Made by a program: the position numbers and the translations under genes | In this document: positions 46,303 through 55,930 of the stretch, piece by piece | How positions within the stretch are numbered: the stretch's first letter is position 1 | Layout of the letters: every line of letters starts with the position of its first letter | Assembly (NCBI GenBank): GCA_964501355.1 | Contig: CAZCSM010000007.1 | Coordinates: forward strand, 1,096 to 65,095 | DNA from: an uncultured Candidatus Saccharibacteria bacterium | GTDB taxonomy: Bacteria; Patescibacteriota; Dojkabacteria; CAZCSM01 | Length of the DNA stretch: 64,000 nucleotides | Direction of reading: 5' to 3' | The notes under the pieces: generated by a model | Databases searched by the model: none | Told to the model about the DNA's origin: nothing | The model's input: the letters and a program-made list of their open reading frames with translations, nothing else

Positions 46303-46776
46303 CTATACCTTTGCAAAGGCCACAACGTAATTCTTTCCATATTTTTTTGCACACTTGGGGCAAGTCGTGTAGTAGAAATATAAGTCCTGCATTTGCCTTC
46401 CCTTCGACGACACATATTTTTCAACCTCTTCAACCCACTTCGGAGCGTCACTAAAAGGACCTTCGAAAACTCTTGTTAAGAACGTTCCGCTTATCTTTAC
46501 GTTTTCCATATTCGGAACTTCTTTACTAACAGTCATATATTGTTCAGTTCTCCACGGCGTTGGATCCTTTGATAATAATAGAAATTGTTCCGTCGGTAAC
46601 TCCGCTCCCGCTGATTTTACCTTTTCCCACATTCGACCGATTACCTGTCCTATATTTAGAGGAATGTGAAATAACGCCATAACATTATCTTTCACAAATA
46701 ACTTGTCTTTCCAAACGACTTCTTTTTCATCCCAAGGCTCAGGATTGAATTTGGGGCAACAAACTTCTTCGTTCAT
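46303..46776 (-). CDS. Hypothetical protein (possibly GyrI-like / small-molecule-binding fold).
   Basis: 157-aa ORF with good coding character and no diagnostic motif. Confidence 0.4.
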   Translation of the reverse strand: MNEEVCCPKFNPEPWDEKEVVWKDKLFVKDNVMALFHIPLNIGQVIGRMWEKVKSAGAELPTEQFLLLSKDPTPWRTEQYMTVSKEVPNMENVKISGTFLTRVFEGPFSDAPKWVEEVEKYVSSKGRQMQDLYFYYTTCPKCAKKYGKNYVVAFAKV

Positions 46777-46891
46777 TTGTTTCGTATTAAATTAAACTAA
46801 ATCAATAATATACAAATATTCTATTAACGTGCAGTAAAAATTGCAAGGGTTTTGCAGGGACACTCCGCTAGCTGAGTGTCCCGGCCGTTTT

Positions 46892-48241
46892 CTATTTCAC
46901 CTGCCTACTCACTAACTCCGGCCATCCAATCCGAAGAAAAGGTACTCCGTTGACTTCATCTGAAATCTTTTCTGCTAAAGCTTCAAATTCCACCAACCCT
47001 TTTTCCCCTTCAAGTTCCTTTTCCCCCATCACCAAGACATTTGGAATCAAATCCCCATGTGCCATTCTAATCCGCTTGCCAACACTCTCAGCACGATCAT
47101 CAACATCAATACGTATTCTGTCTTTGTATTTTTCAGCTAAGTCCACACACTGTGGAATAAACTTTTCGCTAACAGGAATCAGTCGCAATTGAATCGGCTT
47201 CAACCAAAGCGGAAAACATTCTTCATATTTGTCGAATAACATATACAAATATCTTTCAATTCCGCCGATTCCGGCAGAATGAATAATTAGGGGGCTTACT
47301 TTTTCTCCTTTTTCGTTAATATATTCAATACCAAGCCGACTCGCATTCCCAACGTCAATTTGAATACACGATATTTCTCGGATCTGACCAAAAGAATCAA
47401 CAATATTGTAATCCACGTTTATAATCCAATATTTCGGGATCTCATCCTGACAAATTGAAATTAAAATATCACGTCCGCCATTTACAGCAATTTTAATTAT
47501 CTTCTCTTTATATTCTTCCCACGCATCATTTGAAGAAACTGCCGCAATAATTTGATAATCACGGTTAACTTCCTTTGCAGATTGAATAATTTGTTTTTCA
47601 ATTTTCGGATACCACTCGAATGCTTGGTCTACGTCCAAAAAGTATGGATGCAAATCCGGCATAAAGAATCTTCGCATTCGATAGAGAATCATACATTCCC
47701 CACTTTGTTCCTGACGATAACAATCAGAAATCGAAAAATGTGCAAATGGAAAATCCTTGTGGCTTAATCTATATTTTGAGGCCAAGTTGAATTGAGGATA
47801 GCTAGCATCATAACTCATTACAGATTTTTTCCCGCCAACCTCAAGCTGAAATAGCCGATCGCCATATAATCCAGCATAACTCTCCACCACGGGATGTGAC
47901 AGATCAAACATTACCGATCCTTTCACCTCAAATATTGGCAAATCCATTTTATGAATAATTTGTCTGGAGTATTCTTTTGCCAGCCGCATAATCAAATCCG
48001 CTTTATAATCATTCTGCATAAACCCGGATGGCGCATTTTGTTCCCAATCGAAACCAAGCTTTCTTGCATAATCCAGATACTTTGGCTTTGCATCTTCAGC
48101 AAGACTTCTCTCCACGCCCCTTCCAAAAACTTCACGCTCAATAACAACCCGGAATTCTTCCGAACAATCTTTATGATTAATAAAGAATTCTGGATCTAGG
48201 AGCTTTCCCGATTTATGAATAACAATATATTTATTTTTCAT
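46892..48241 (-). CDS. thrS: Class II aminoacyl-tRNA synthetase, ThrRS-like catalytic core plus anticodon-binding domain. It lacks the N-terminal TGS/editing domains.
   Basis: Motif 2-like CYRQEQSGECMILYRMRRFFMPDLHPYF. Motif 3 region IIHSAGIGGIERYLYMLFDKYEECFPLWLKPIQLRLIPV closely parallels ThrRS HRAILGSIERFIGILIE...FPLWLAPVQV. C-terminal HGTP-type anticodon-binding domain. Only 449 aa, with 240 bp of non-coding DNA upstream. Confidence 0.6.
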   Translation of the reverse strand: MKNKYIVIHKSGKLLDPEFFINHKDCSEEFRVVIEREVFGRGVERSLAEDAKPKYLDYARKLGFDWEQNAPSGFMQNDYKADLIMRLAKEYSRQIIHKMDLPIFEVKGSVMFDLSHPVVESYAGLYGDRLFQLEVGGKKSVMSYDASYPQFNLASKYRLSHKDFPFAHFSISDCYRQEQSGECMILYRMRRFFMPDLHPYFLDVDQAFEWYPKIEKQIIQSAKEVNRDYQIIAAVSSNDAWEEYKEKIIKIAVNGGRDILISICQDEIPKYWIINVDYNIVDSFGQIREISCIQIDVGNASRLGIEYINEKGEKVSPLIIHSAGIGGIERYLYMLFDKYEECFPLWLKPIQLRLIPVSEKFIPQCVDLAEKYKDRIRIDVDDRAESVGKRIRMAHGDLIPNVLVMGEKELEGEKGLVEFEALAEKISDEVNGVPFLRIGWPELVSRQVK

Positions 48242-48484
48242 TTTAATAATTTTTGAATTAACAATTGTCCTCTAACGGAAGGTGCCGCTACACGAGCAAA
48301 TTGTTTTTCAAAAAATGAAAACAAAAAGCTCCCCGTCGGGAGCTATTAATATCGAGGAAAAATATCCAGCATTAACCCGACGAGCCTAAATCGTGGTCGT
48401 CGTTGTTACGTTGAATAAGTTTTGAAGATTTATGAAGCTTTTCATAGTGTGTAGATTATATCCTATAACAAATGGGGTTGCAAC

Positions 48485-49558
48485 CTAAACTTCAACAATC
48501 TCACTCGCCGCTTTTCTCAAACGATTCATCACGGCAAGTCCAAGCTCGATGTCCTCCAACCCCTCGCTTATTATAACATCAACACCTTCTTCATCAAATT
48601 CGCGAAGAACCCGAAACATATTTCTGCCAAAACTTTCCGGGTCATTTCCAATATATTTGACAACATCTGCTTTGAGATTAATATTAGGTTTCGTAGTCAT
48701 TACACCAATCTTCTTCCCTTCTGATTTGTGGGTATAAATAAGCTCAGAGATTTTCATGAGAACTCGCTCATCATCACCTTCGACTAAGATAATGTTCGCT
48801 TTCGGTGCATAATGAGTGTATTTCATTCCAGGAGAACGTGCCTCAACTTTTTCTTCCACCTTTCCCGACTGAACAACTTGATGTCTATTCACATCTCCTA
48901 ACACAGATCCAAGGTTCTCAAAGGTAATTTTACCGGGACGAAGAAGAGTTACGGGATTTGTTGTGGTATCAACAACAGTTGATTCCAAACCGACATCGGA
49001 CGAACCACCATCAATTATCATGGGAATTCGCCCATCCATATCTTGCAAAACATGATCCGCAGTTGTCGGACTTGGTTTTCCGGAAAGATTTGCAGATGGA
49101 GCTGCAATTGGCACACTGGCAGCTTCGATTAATGCTTTTGCAATTTCATTGGATGGCATACGGATCGCAACAGTATCCATACCTCCAGTTGTAATTAACG
49201 GAACAATTTTAGATTTTTTGAAAACCAGAGTCAATGGACCGGGGAAGAATTTCTCAATTAGAGTCTTTGCATTATCGGTTACTTCAGAAACCAGTGGATA
49301 AATCTGATCTAATTTTGATATGTGTAGAATCAAAGGATTATCAGCAGGTCGCCCTTTTGCCTTAAAGATTTTCATAACAGCCTCAGGATCTAAGCCATTA
49401 GCTCCAAGTCCGTAAACAGTTTCCGTCGGGAAAGCAACAACCTCCCCGGATTTAATAAGCTCAGCAGCTTCGCGAACTTTATTTAAATCAGGATTGTTAG
49501 GATTAAGCTTGATTAGTTGGGTGTACATAAAACAGATCTCATTCTTGCCAATATACAA
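48485..49558 (-). CDS. tsaC: L-threonylcarbamoyladenylate synthase, Sua5 type (YrdC domain plus Sua5 C-terminal domain).
   Basis: VVAFPTETVYGLGANGLDPEAVMKIFKAKGRPADNPLILHI signature, ~350 aa with the Sua5 C-terminal domain. The true start may be the Met at 49528. Confidence 0.85.
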   Translation of the reverse strand: MYIGKNEICFMYTQLIKLNPNNPDLNKVREAAELIKSGEVVAFPTETVYGLGANGLDPEAVMKIFKAKGRPADNPLILHISKLDQIYPLVSEVTDNAKTLIEKFFPGPLTLVFKKSKIVPLITTGGMDTVAIRMPSNEIAKALIEAASVPIAAPSANLSGKPSPTTADHVLQDMDGRIPMIIDGGSSDVGLESTVVDTTTNPVTLLRPGKITFENLGSVLGDVNRHQVVQSGKVEEKVEARSPGMKYTHYAPKANIILVEGDDERVLMKISELIYTHKSEGKKIGVMTTKPNINLKADVVKYIGNDPESFGRNMFRVLREFDEEGVDVIISEGLEDIELGLAVMNRLRKAASEIVEV

Positions 49559-49564
49559 TACATC

Positions 49565-49933
49565 TCATACAGATGGAGAAACGTCATGCTGAAAGGCGTC
49601 CAATAGCTTCAAACTACTGAAAACCTCATCTATTCTAGATGGCGATAATTTTCCAATGAAGTCGCCTAAATCCTTTTTGTTAACTAACGAAATATGAGAT
49701 GGGATTATTATACTGCGTTTGTCTAAATTACCTTCGCCAGCATCTAATAAAATGTTCCCAACCTCATACGCTTTTTTCATATTGGTCGATATTTCGCACA
49801 TTACAATTGATTCAATCCTGCTGTTGTTTATAATCGTATCCTGTATCACGAGCTGAGGATGGATAATACCTCGCATATTTCCATGTTCATCCATTGTGGG
49901 TGCCCAAAAGATATCTCCTCGAAAGATTTTCAT
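49565..49933 (-). CDS. MazF/PemK-family endoribonuclease toxin-like protein. No obvious cognate antitoxin.
   Basis: MKIFRGDIFWAP...HPQLVIQD...ESIVMCEIST...IIIPSHISLVNKKDLGDFIGKLSPSRIDEV follows the PemK/MazF SH3-like barrel pattern. The 190 bp upstream contain only 13-23-aa ORFs. Confidence 0.55.
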   Translation of the reverse strand: MKIFRGDIFWAPTMDEHGNMRGIIHPQLVIQDTIINNSRIESIVMCEISTNMKKAYEVGNILLDAGEGNLDKRSIIIPSHISLVNKKDLGDFIGKLSPSRIDEVFSSLKLLDAFQHDVSPSV

Positions 49934-50124
49934 TATTATTCTAAATTCATATGAAATGAGAATATTAAGACCAGACTTTGCACATTATACGCAAAAACGC
50001 TAGAATCATAAATAGTAATAGTTGAGAAAGGGAATGTCATTTAGCAATCTCTGAAAATAAATTAGATTGCTTCATCGTAAACTCTTCACAATGACAAAAC
50101 GCACTCATTGAACAGCTCTACAAC

Positions 50125-50385
50125 CTAAACACCCACAATCTCACTTGCCGCTTTTCTCAATCGATTCATTACAGCAAGTCCAAGCCCAATACCTTCCAAT
50201 CCTTCACTTATTATCACACGAATACCTTCTTCATCAAATTCACGAAGGACCCGAAACATATTTCTTCCAAAACTTTCCGGATCATTTCCAATGTATTTGA
50301 CCACGTCTGCCTCGAAGTTAACATTTTGTTTCGTAGTTATTACACCAACCTTCATACCATTTGATTTGTGGATAGAAATAAGCAC
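50125..50385 (-). pseudogene. Degenerate duplicate of the 3' ~260 bp of tsaC/sua5 (gene fragment).
   Basis: About 85% nucleotide identity to 48485-48750. The translation KVGVITTKQNVNFEADVVKYIGNDPESFGRNMFRVLREFDEEGIRVIISEGLEGIGLGLAVMNRLRKAASEIVGV aligns with the C-terminus of the intact Sua5. No upstream Sua5 N-terminal coding sequence is present. Confidence 0.65.
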
Positions 50386-50565
50386 AGAGATTTTTATTAT
50401 TTAATATAGCTTCGCGATTAGATGAAGTTTTTGCGTAGCAAAAATTGGGAAGAACCTCGAGCCGAGGGTCGAACCATCTAGTCGCTGTTATATTCGGGTC
50501 GAACGAATGGGAGAAGCGCAGCGACCCCGACGACTGTAAGGAGGAGAGAAAATTTCGAGCCCATT

Positions 50566-51063
50566 TTATTTTAAATTATTTAATGAATCTTCTAATTCAT
50601 TTAATTTAATGTATTCAATATCAAGTCCTATTTCTTCAGGAAGTTTTTGAGAGATGAATTCGTTTATTACATAGATTCTTTTAGGATTATAATATCTTGA
50701 AAAACCTATTTCTGCCATAACCATTCCACCATAACCTACACAAAACATCACATCACATTCTTCATTATATCTTGAAGGTTGATTAGGCCATTTTCCACAA
50801 GAAATTAATTCTCCTAAATTGGTATTCAAATAATCTTCGTAATCATCATCTAATGGAACAACTTCATATATTTTTTTACCATTATTCTTTAAATATTCTT
50901 CTCCGAACAATTCCAATAGGGAATTTTTATCAGGGGTTAGAAGAATTTCAAAACCCGTTTTTGCTAAAATTCTTGCAACTTTCCTTAAATTAATTTTTCT
51001 GATTTCTAGTTCTTCTTTATTTAATTGAGGACATTGGTTAGGTCCAATAATTCCTATTCTCAT
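50566..51063 (-). CDS. LOG/TIGR00725-family Rossmann-fold protein (lysine-decarboxylase-like). AT-rich gene.
   Basis: MRIGIIGPNQ N-terminus and VGYGGMVMAE, similar to the LOG PGGxGTxxE motif. The local GC is clearly lower than in the neighbours. Confidence 0.5.
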   Translation of the reverse strand: MRIGIIGPNQCPQLNKEELEIRKINLRKVARILAKTGFEILLTPDKNSLLELFGEEYLKNNGKKIYEVVPLDDDYEDYLNTNLGELISCGKWPNQPSRYNEECDVMFCVGYGGMVMAEIGFSRYYNPKRIYVINEFISQKLPEEIGLDIEYIKLNELEDSLNNLK

Positions 51064-51244
51064 ACAAATTATATAAATACATTAATTTAAGTTATTTTCT
51101 ATTTTTAAGGGCCCAAAAATTTATTGAATATAACCAGTTACTATGCGAAGTGTTTTCACAATTCATACATTTCGTTGTACTTTTTGTGAACAACCTTGGT
51201 ATAATAACTTTAAATCAACTATCTGAAGTTTATCACATCTTAAC

Positions 51245-51946
51245 ATGAAAATTGACATAATCACACTATTCCCGCAAATGTTCTCGGGACCATTTGATGA
51301 AAGTATTGTAAAACGGGCACAAGACAAGGGACTTGTTGAAATTGAAATTCACGATTTGCGAAAATGGACAGATGATAAACGAAAAACTGTTGATGACAAA
51401 CCATTCGGAGGCGGTGCGGGAATGGTAATGAAAGTGGAGCCCGTTTATCGCGCAGTTAAGGAATTGCGAACAGAAGACTCTTTAGTAATTTACACCACAC
51501 CTCAAGGCAGAAAATTAGAACAAAGCTTGAGTAATAAATTTTCTACTCAGACACATTTAATCATACTTTGTGGCCACTACGAAGGGCTAGATGAGAGAGC
51601 GAGAGAAAATTTAATTGATGTAGAAGTATCAATTGGTGACTTTGTACTAACAGGAGGAGAGCTTCCTGCAATGGTAATCGTTGATTCTATTGTAAGGCTA
51701 ATTCCCGGAGTACTTGGCAAAGAGGAATCCCATCAGAACGAGTCTTTCATGGAAGTTGACGGTACAAAGTTACTCGAGCATCCGCATTACACCCAGCCTG
51801 CCGAATTTGTAACAGATGAAGGTGAAACATGGGCTGTTCCGGATGTTCTACTTTCCGGACATCACGAGAACATCGAAAAATGGAGAAAAGAGCAGTCAGT
51901 TAAAAGGACTGAAGAAAGAAGACCGGACCTGCTGAAAAGGTTGTAG
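51245..51946 (+). CDS. trmD: tRNA (guanine37-N1)-methyltransferase.
   Basis: MKIDIITLFPQMF...DDKPFGGGAGMVMKVEPV...LCGHYEGLDERA, the classic TrmD SPOUT signatures. Confidence 0.9.
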   Translation: MKIDIITLFPQMFSGPFDESIVKRAQDKGLVEIEIHDLRKWTDDKRKTVDDKPFGGGAGMVMKVEPVYRAVKELRTEDSLVIYTTPQGRKLEQSLSNKFSTQTHLIILCGHYEGLDERARENLIDVEVSIGDFVLTGGELPAMVIVDSIVRLIPGVLGKEESHQNESFMEVDGTKLLEHPHYTQPAEFVTDEGETWAVPDVLLSGHHENIEKWRKEQSVKRTEERRPDLLKRL

Positions 51947-52018
51947 GTTCTAGTTTCGAGTTCGATGAGCCCAATACAGATTTCTAAATTCTAAACAAAT
52001 CCCGATTTTAAACCATAC

Positions 52019-52148
52019 TGTCTCATTCGGGGTCTGGGGAGATGTGTGTTTCCTCGGGCAAAGATGACTAGAATATCTCAGACTGCAAACGGGAAAATCC
52101 ACATCTCTCCAGCGGTTTTGGTTACTTTTGTCGTCAAAAGTAACAGAA
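52019..52148. repeat. ~130-bp structured intergenic repeat, type B, copy 1.
   Basis: tcattcggggtctggggagatgtgtg...cacatctctccagcggttttggttacttttgtcgtcaaaagtaacag, with the same 3' hairpin as type A. Confidence 0.55.
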
Positions 52149-52395
52149 ATCTACACGCTACCTCGAATGAATGCACAGACTATCAAATTGTACCCCAATG
52201 ATTACTTCTATATAGGTTTATAACCCAATACCGTTGCTGCAACCCTTTCCTTCTTGCAACTTGAAACCTGGCAACTTGTAACAGCTTCTTCCTTTTTTCT
52301 TTTTTAATTTATCATTTTGAGATTTGATTTTTGAACTTTGATTTTTAACACACAATTCTCTATATTAGAAGGAGAATAATATCTGCCTTGAAATA

Positions 52396-53094
52396 ATGCT
52401 CAACGGAAAAATCGTAAACTTCTTCAAAATAATTGTAGTCTTCATCAGCCTCGGAGTAATCGGCGGAGTGGCCTATTATATACTTTCGGACAATGATGTA
52501 ATTGATTTAAACGTTATCCCCGAAGTTGAAGGTGGAATCGAATTCAAGGTATTAATACCCGGAATAGAGCTTGAGAAGGTGGTTATTCCAAACGTAGATC
52601 CAAGAGACGAAGCAATTTATAAAGAAGCTTTCAAACAAGGTGTTGCGCATGGACTCGGAACAAAGTTCCCTGATGAAATTGGAAACACATACCTTTATGC
52701 TCACAGCACAAGAGATGTAGATGACATTGAGAAAAATGCAGGATGGTTTACCAGACTTGATGAACTTGCAATCGGTGATGAATTTGAAATCATCTACGGA
52801 CAAAACATTTACACGTATTCAATTGCCTCAAGAGAAGTAATTGATCCAAGAGCAACTGGTGTTTATACCGCATATGCACCAGTGCAAATGGTTACTTTAC
52901 AGACATGCTATCCGAGAGGAGAGATCGAAGAACGGTTAATAATTAAAGCTCTTCTTCTAAAATCCGAACCGAGATTAGCCGAAGTTACAAATGAGGATTC
53001 TGAGTCTGCTATTGTATTTTTCCAAGACTCTTACTTATTCGCTCATCATCAGATCCCAATGATCCTTGAGCAACGGAAATTGAAAAAAGTATAG
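52396..53094 (+). CDS. srt: Sortase (transpeptidase) with an N-terminal membrane anchor.
   Basis: N-terminal TM segment. Catalytic His in NTYLYAHSTRD. TLxTC motif MVTLQTCYPRG. Conserved Arg in EERLIIKA. The C-terminal ~30 codons overlap the convergent small ORF and may be non-native. Confidence 0.75.
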   Translation: MLNGKIVNFFKIIVVFISLGVIGGVAYYILSDNDVIDLNVIPEVEGGIEFKVLIPGIELEKVVIPNVDPRDEAIYKEAFKQGVAHGLGTKFPDEIGNTYLYAHSTRDVDDIEKNAGWFTRLDELAIGDEFEIIYGQNIYTYSIASREVIDPRATGVYTAYAPVQMVTLQTCYPRGEIEERLIIKALLLKSEPRLAEVTNEDSESAIVFFQDSYLFAHHQIPMILEQRKLKKV

Positions 53095-53311
53095 CAATTA
53101 CAGCAAAGATTCCCCCTGCGATATACAAACCTGTCGAGATATTTCCACACAGTTCCTGATTCTGCTGAAACCAATTTAAACTCCCTGTAACTCCCGCAGG
53201 TAATATTGAATCTTCCGCCGAAAGTCCATTTAGAATTAAACCCAGAACGATTGAAAGTGGTGATAATACCTGAAAGAAAACCATTAGAGATACTTTACTT
53301 GAACTGCCCAT
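53009..53311 (-). CDS. Small hypothetical membrane protein.
   Basis: 100-aa ORF with two hydrophobic segments. It overlaps the sortase 3' end convergently by ~85 bp, so the call is uncertain. Confidence 0.3.
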   Translation of the reverse strand: MGSSSKVSLMVFFQVLSPLSIVLGLILNGLSAEDSILPAGVTGSLNWFQQNQELCGNISTGLYIAGGIFAVIAILFSISVAQGSLGSDDERISKSLGKIQ

Positions 53312-53455
53312 AAAGATGTTGTGTAAAATAGATTAACGTTGAGCAAAATTGAACTAAATAGAAACCAGGACAAGTTTACAAGCTGCTGATGCAAATCCGT
53401 TGACTAAATTCAATGTAGCACCATGTGGTTCTAGGTTGCACAATATTACTCAATT

Positions 53456-54295
53456 TCAAAACTTCGAGCTCAAAATCATCATAGCCAATAACGCCACCGA
53501 AAAGTATTCAACAAAAACAGAAAGATTCAAAGTTCCCTGGGCCTTATGATGCAACAATGAAGATAAAAGATAATATAAAATTGTAAGATAAAGACCGATA
53601 TTAAAATAGCTTGCAAAGAACATTCTTCCAATAAACCATGCGAATAATCCAATTATGAAACTGAAGAATATTGCAATTATCATTGAAATTCTGCTCATTT
53701 GCAGGTATCTCAAAAGGGCAAGGGTTAAGAGCAGCATTGAGACAAAGAATGAAACAATCCCCATGACAAGGTAACTTGAGCCGAGATAATGAAAAAGCTG
53801 CAAATTTACAGTCATTATCAAAAAGAAAACAAACACCTTAACCAAATTGTAAATTCCATGAGTGAAGGTCTCTAATTCAAAATCATGGTTGAATACAGCT
53901 TGAATGTTCACAAATAATAACCAATAAACAGCGCTAATAACCAGAATCATCACATGTGTAATCACATCATATGGATAGAAGAAAATGAAACCAACCATTC
54001 CGATGTAAAGAAGAATCGGCAATATGATTTGATGCAGAATATGAATTCGGATTAGCGGAAAAATTATCTGACGAACCTCACTATCCGTATATCTTTTGCG
54101 AATGAATAGAAGTCCATACAAAAGAAGTCCTAGCAAAATTACACCAAAAAGAACTGCGGTAAAATAGAAACGCGATACTTCCTCCGGCGCAAATTCCTGA
54201 TAAACTTTCATCATCATTTCGAATGCGAAGAAGAGGAATATCGAATAGATGAATGCTTGCTTCTTTTTCTTTATCCAGAAAATAAGGTTCTTCAT
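53456..54295 (-). CDS. Polytopic membrane protein (>=7 TM), hypothetical.
   Basis: Highly hydrophobic 279-aa ORF that follows the CAP-domain LPxTG protein gene with a 1-bp gap. Confidence 0.5.
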   Translation of the reverse strand: MKNLIFWIKKKKQAFIYSIFLFFAFEMMMKVYQEFAPEEVSRFYFTAVLFGVILLGLLLYGLLFIRKRYTDSEVRQIIFPLIRIHILHQIILPILLYIGMVGFIFFYPYDVITHVMILVISAVYWLLFVNIQAVFNHDFELETFTHGIYNLVKVFVFFLIMTVNLQLFHYLGSSYLVMGIVSFFVSMLLLTLALLRYLQMSRISMIIAIFFSFIIGLFAWFIGRMFFASYFNIGLYLTILYYLLSSLLHHKAQGTLNLSVFVEYFSVALLAMMILSSKF

Positions 54296-54296
54296 A

Positions 54297-55829
54297 TTAT
54301 AAAATCAATCCAGTCGCCGCAAAGAGCAGTGCAATAAGTAATAATATTAAAATTGGAATGTGGCTCGCGGATTCTCCACCCTTTCTCTTTATGCCTTTTT
54401 TCCAAAGAACAACAACATCAATAACCGCTAGAATTAAAAGGAAAATACCTATAAACACATTGAGTTTAGAAATTGGAGAAGATTGTACGAAAAAACCGAT
54501 AACTCTTTCCACAAGTTCAGCAAAAATAGATTTTTCTTCATCTCCCGTCTGCGGAAGTTCATCTAAAGGTTCATCCACGTGATCAAGATCAGGAATTGTT
54601 ACGTCTACCAACGATTCATTTCCCGCTTCATCTGAAATAATTATTGTGAAGACACGCCCGGCCTCTTCCAATAGAGTTCCTTCCGGATTGAATTCCGCTG
54701 ACCAGACACCCTCCTCTGTTTCCTCCAAATTAACAGAATAGGCGCCAAGGACGGCCACAACACTGGTCGGATCACCATCTATTGTAATTGAGAATTTGTA
54801 ATTTGAATCCTTTTCATTCCAGGAAATCAATTCGAAGCTATCTTCTTTTGCAGTTGGAGCAACTGTATCGACAGTAACCATAACATCTTCTGATCTATTA
54901 CTCACATTTCCCGCAGCATCTTTTGCAGTAGCACCTAAAACATGTTCGCCGTCTGCTACATTTTCATAGTTATAATCAAAAGCACCACCATCTGCGTTTA
55001 ATGTTCCTACTCTCTCTTCGCCATCATAAATTGCAACTTCAGATCCACCTTCGGCAAGACCCTTTATAGCAAACTCCGAAGTGTTTAACAAAGATCCGTT
55101 TGCCGGTTCTGTAATTACAGGTTTATCCGGTGCTGTCGTATCCTTTGGTGGAGTTGGAACAGGAGTCGGTTCCGGAGTTGGCTCAGGTTCTGGCTCAGGT
55201 TGTGGAGGAGTTGGTTCAGGTTGTGGCTCCGGTTCAGGCGTTGGCTCTGGTTCCGGCTCAGGTGCAGGAGGAATGTATTCCGAACCAAACATCTGGACAA
55301 CAATTATCGTTTCTTTTCCATCAAAAATGCCTGAAATCGCAGCAATTCCAATGTCATTATAATTTACATTAATAATATTATCTCTGTGCGTTGGACTGTT
55401 CATCCAGGCGGTATGAATCGGATCAGTCGATGTAAAGTCCTTTGCTAAGTTCTCACCAGCGTAAATATAATTGTATCCAGCGGCTTTAATAAACTGCCAA
55501 GGCGTCTCTCCATTTGGGCCATAATGCGCCCAATACTGTTTGGCGAACATATCTTCACCTTTCGCCTGTGCAGCTGCAATAAGCCTTGAATCCGTCTTCA
55601 ACGTATTTAGTCCTCTGGCAACTCTTTCTGAATTTGCAAGTTCGATTAATCGATTTACGTCAATAGAAGAAGCGGCAGCCTGTTTTGCACCACCGAAAAA
55701 TACAATCGAAAATGAATTTATTATTAGAAGGAATACAATGAATACAGAGAGAACGGAACGTTTAAAAACGTGTGGTTGATAATTATTATCTTTATTTGGA
55801 AATAAAAAGTTCTTAATACGTTTCGTCAT
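54297..55829 (-). CDS. CAP (SCP/PR-1)-domain surface protein with a Pro-rich linker, Ig-like domains and an LPQTGDEE sorting motif.
   Basis: N-terminal TM/signal. CAP signatures (GENLAKDF, HTAWMNSPTHRDNI). PEPEPEPTPEPEPQPEPTPP linker. DELPQTGDEEKS followed by a TM, KKGIKRKGGE and a second TM. Confidence 0.7.
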   Translation of the reverse strand: MTKRIKNFLFPNKDNNYQPHVFKRSVLSVFIVFLLIINSFSIVFFGGAKQAAASSIDVNRLIELANSERVARGLNTLKTDSRLIAAAQAKGEDMFAKQYWAHYGPNGETPWQFIKAAGYNYIYAGENLAKDFTSTDPIHTAWMNSPTHRDNIINVNYNDIGIAAISGIFDGKETIIVVQMFGSEYIPPAPEPEPEPTPEPEPQPEPTPPQPEPEPEPTPEPTPVPTPPKDTTAPDKPVITEPANGSLLNTSEFAIKGLAEGGSEVAIYDGEERVGTLNADGGAFDYNYENVADGEHVLGATAKDAAGNVSNRSEDVMVTVDTVAPTAKEDSFELISWNEKDSNYKFSITIDGDPTSVVAVLGAYSVNLEETEEGVWSAEFNPEGTLLEEAGRVFTIIISDEAGNESLVDVTIPDLDHVDEPLDELPQTGDEEKSIFAELVERVIGFFVQSSPISKLNVFIGIFLLILAVIDVVVLWKKGIKRKGGESASHIPILILLLIALLFAATGLIL

Positions 55830-55930
55830 ATTCTGGGCAGAAATCTACTAATATCATTGTAAAGAGAATTGAACATTTAATCAACAAATGCGCAAGAGGC
55901 ATCGCCTCTTGCGCATTAAATCTTTATGAT

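Noticed and set aside
50386-50565. A tRNA or tmRNA gene suggested by a T-arm-like ATTCG-TTCGACC-CGAAT on the minus strand.
   Set aside because: No complementary acceptor stem or D/anticodon arms can be formed.
54358-55372. Plus-strand ORFs 55081..55362 and 55130..55372 (Gly/Ser/Val-rich).
   Set aside because: They are antisense readings of the Pro/Glu-rich linker (PEPEPEPTPEP) of the CAP-domain protein gene.
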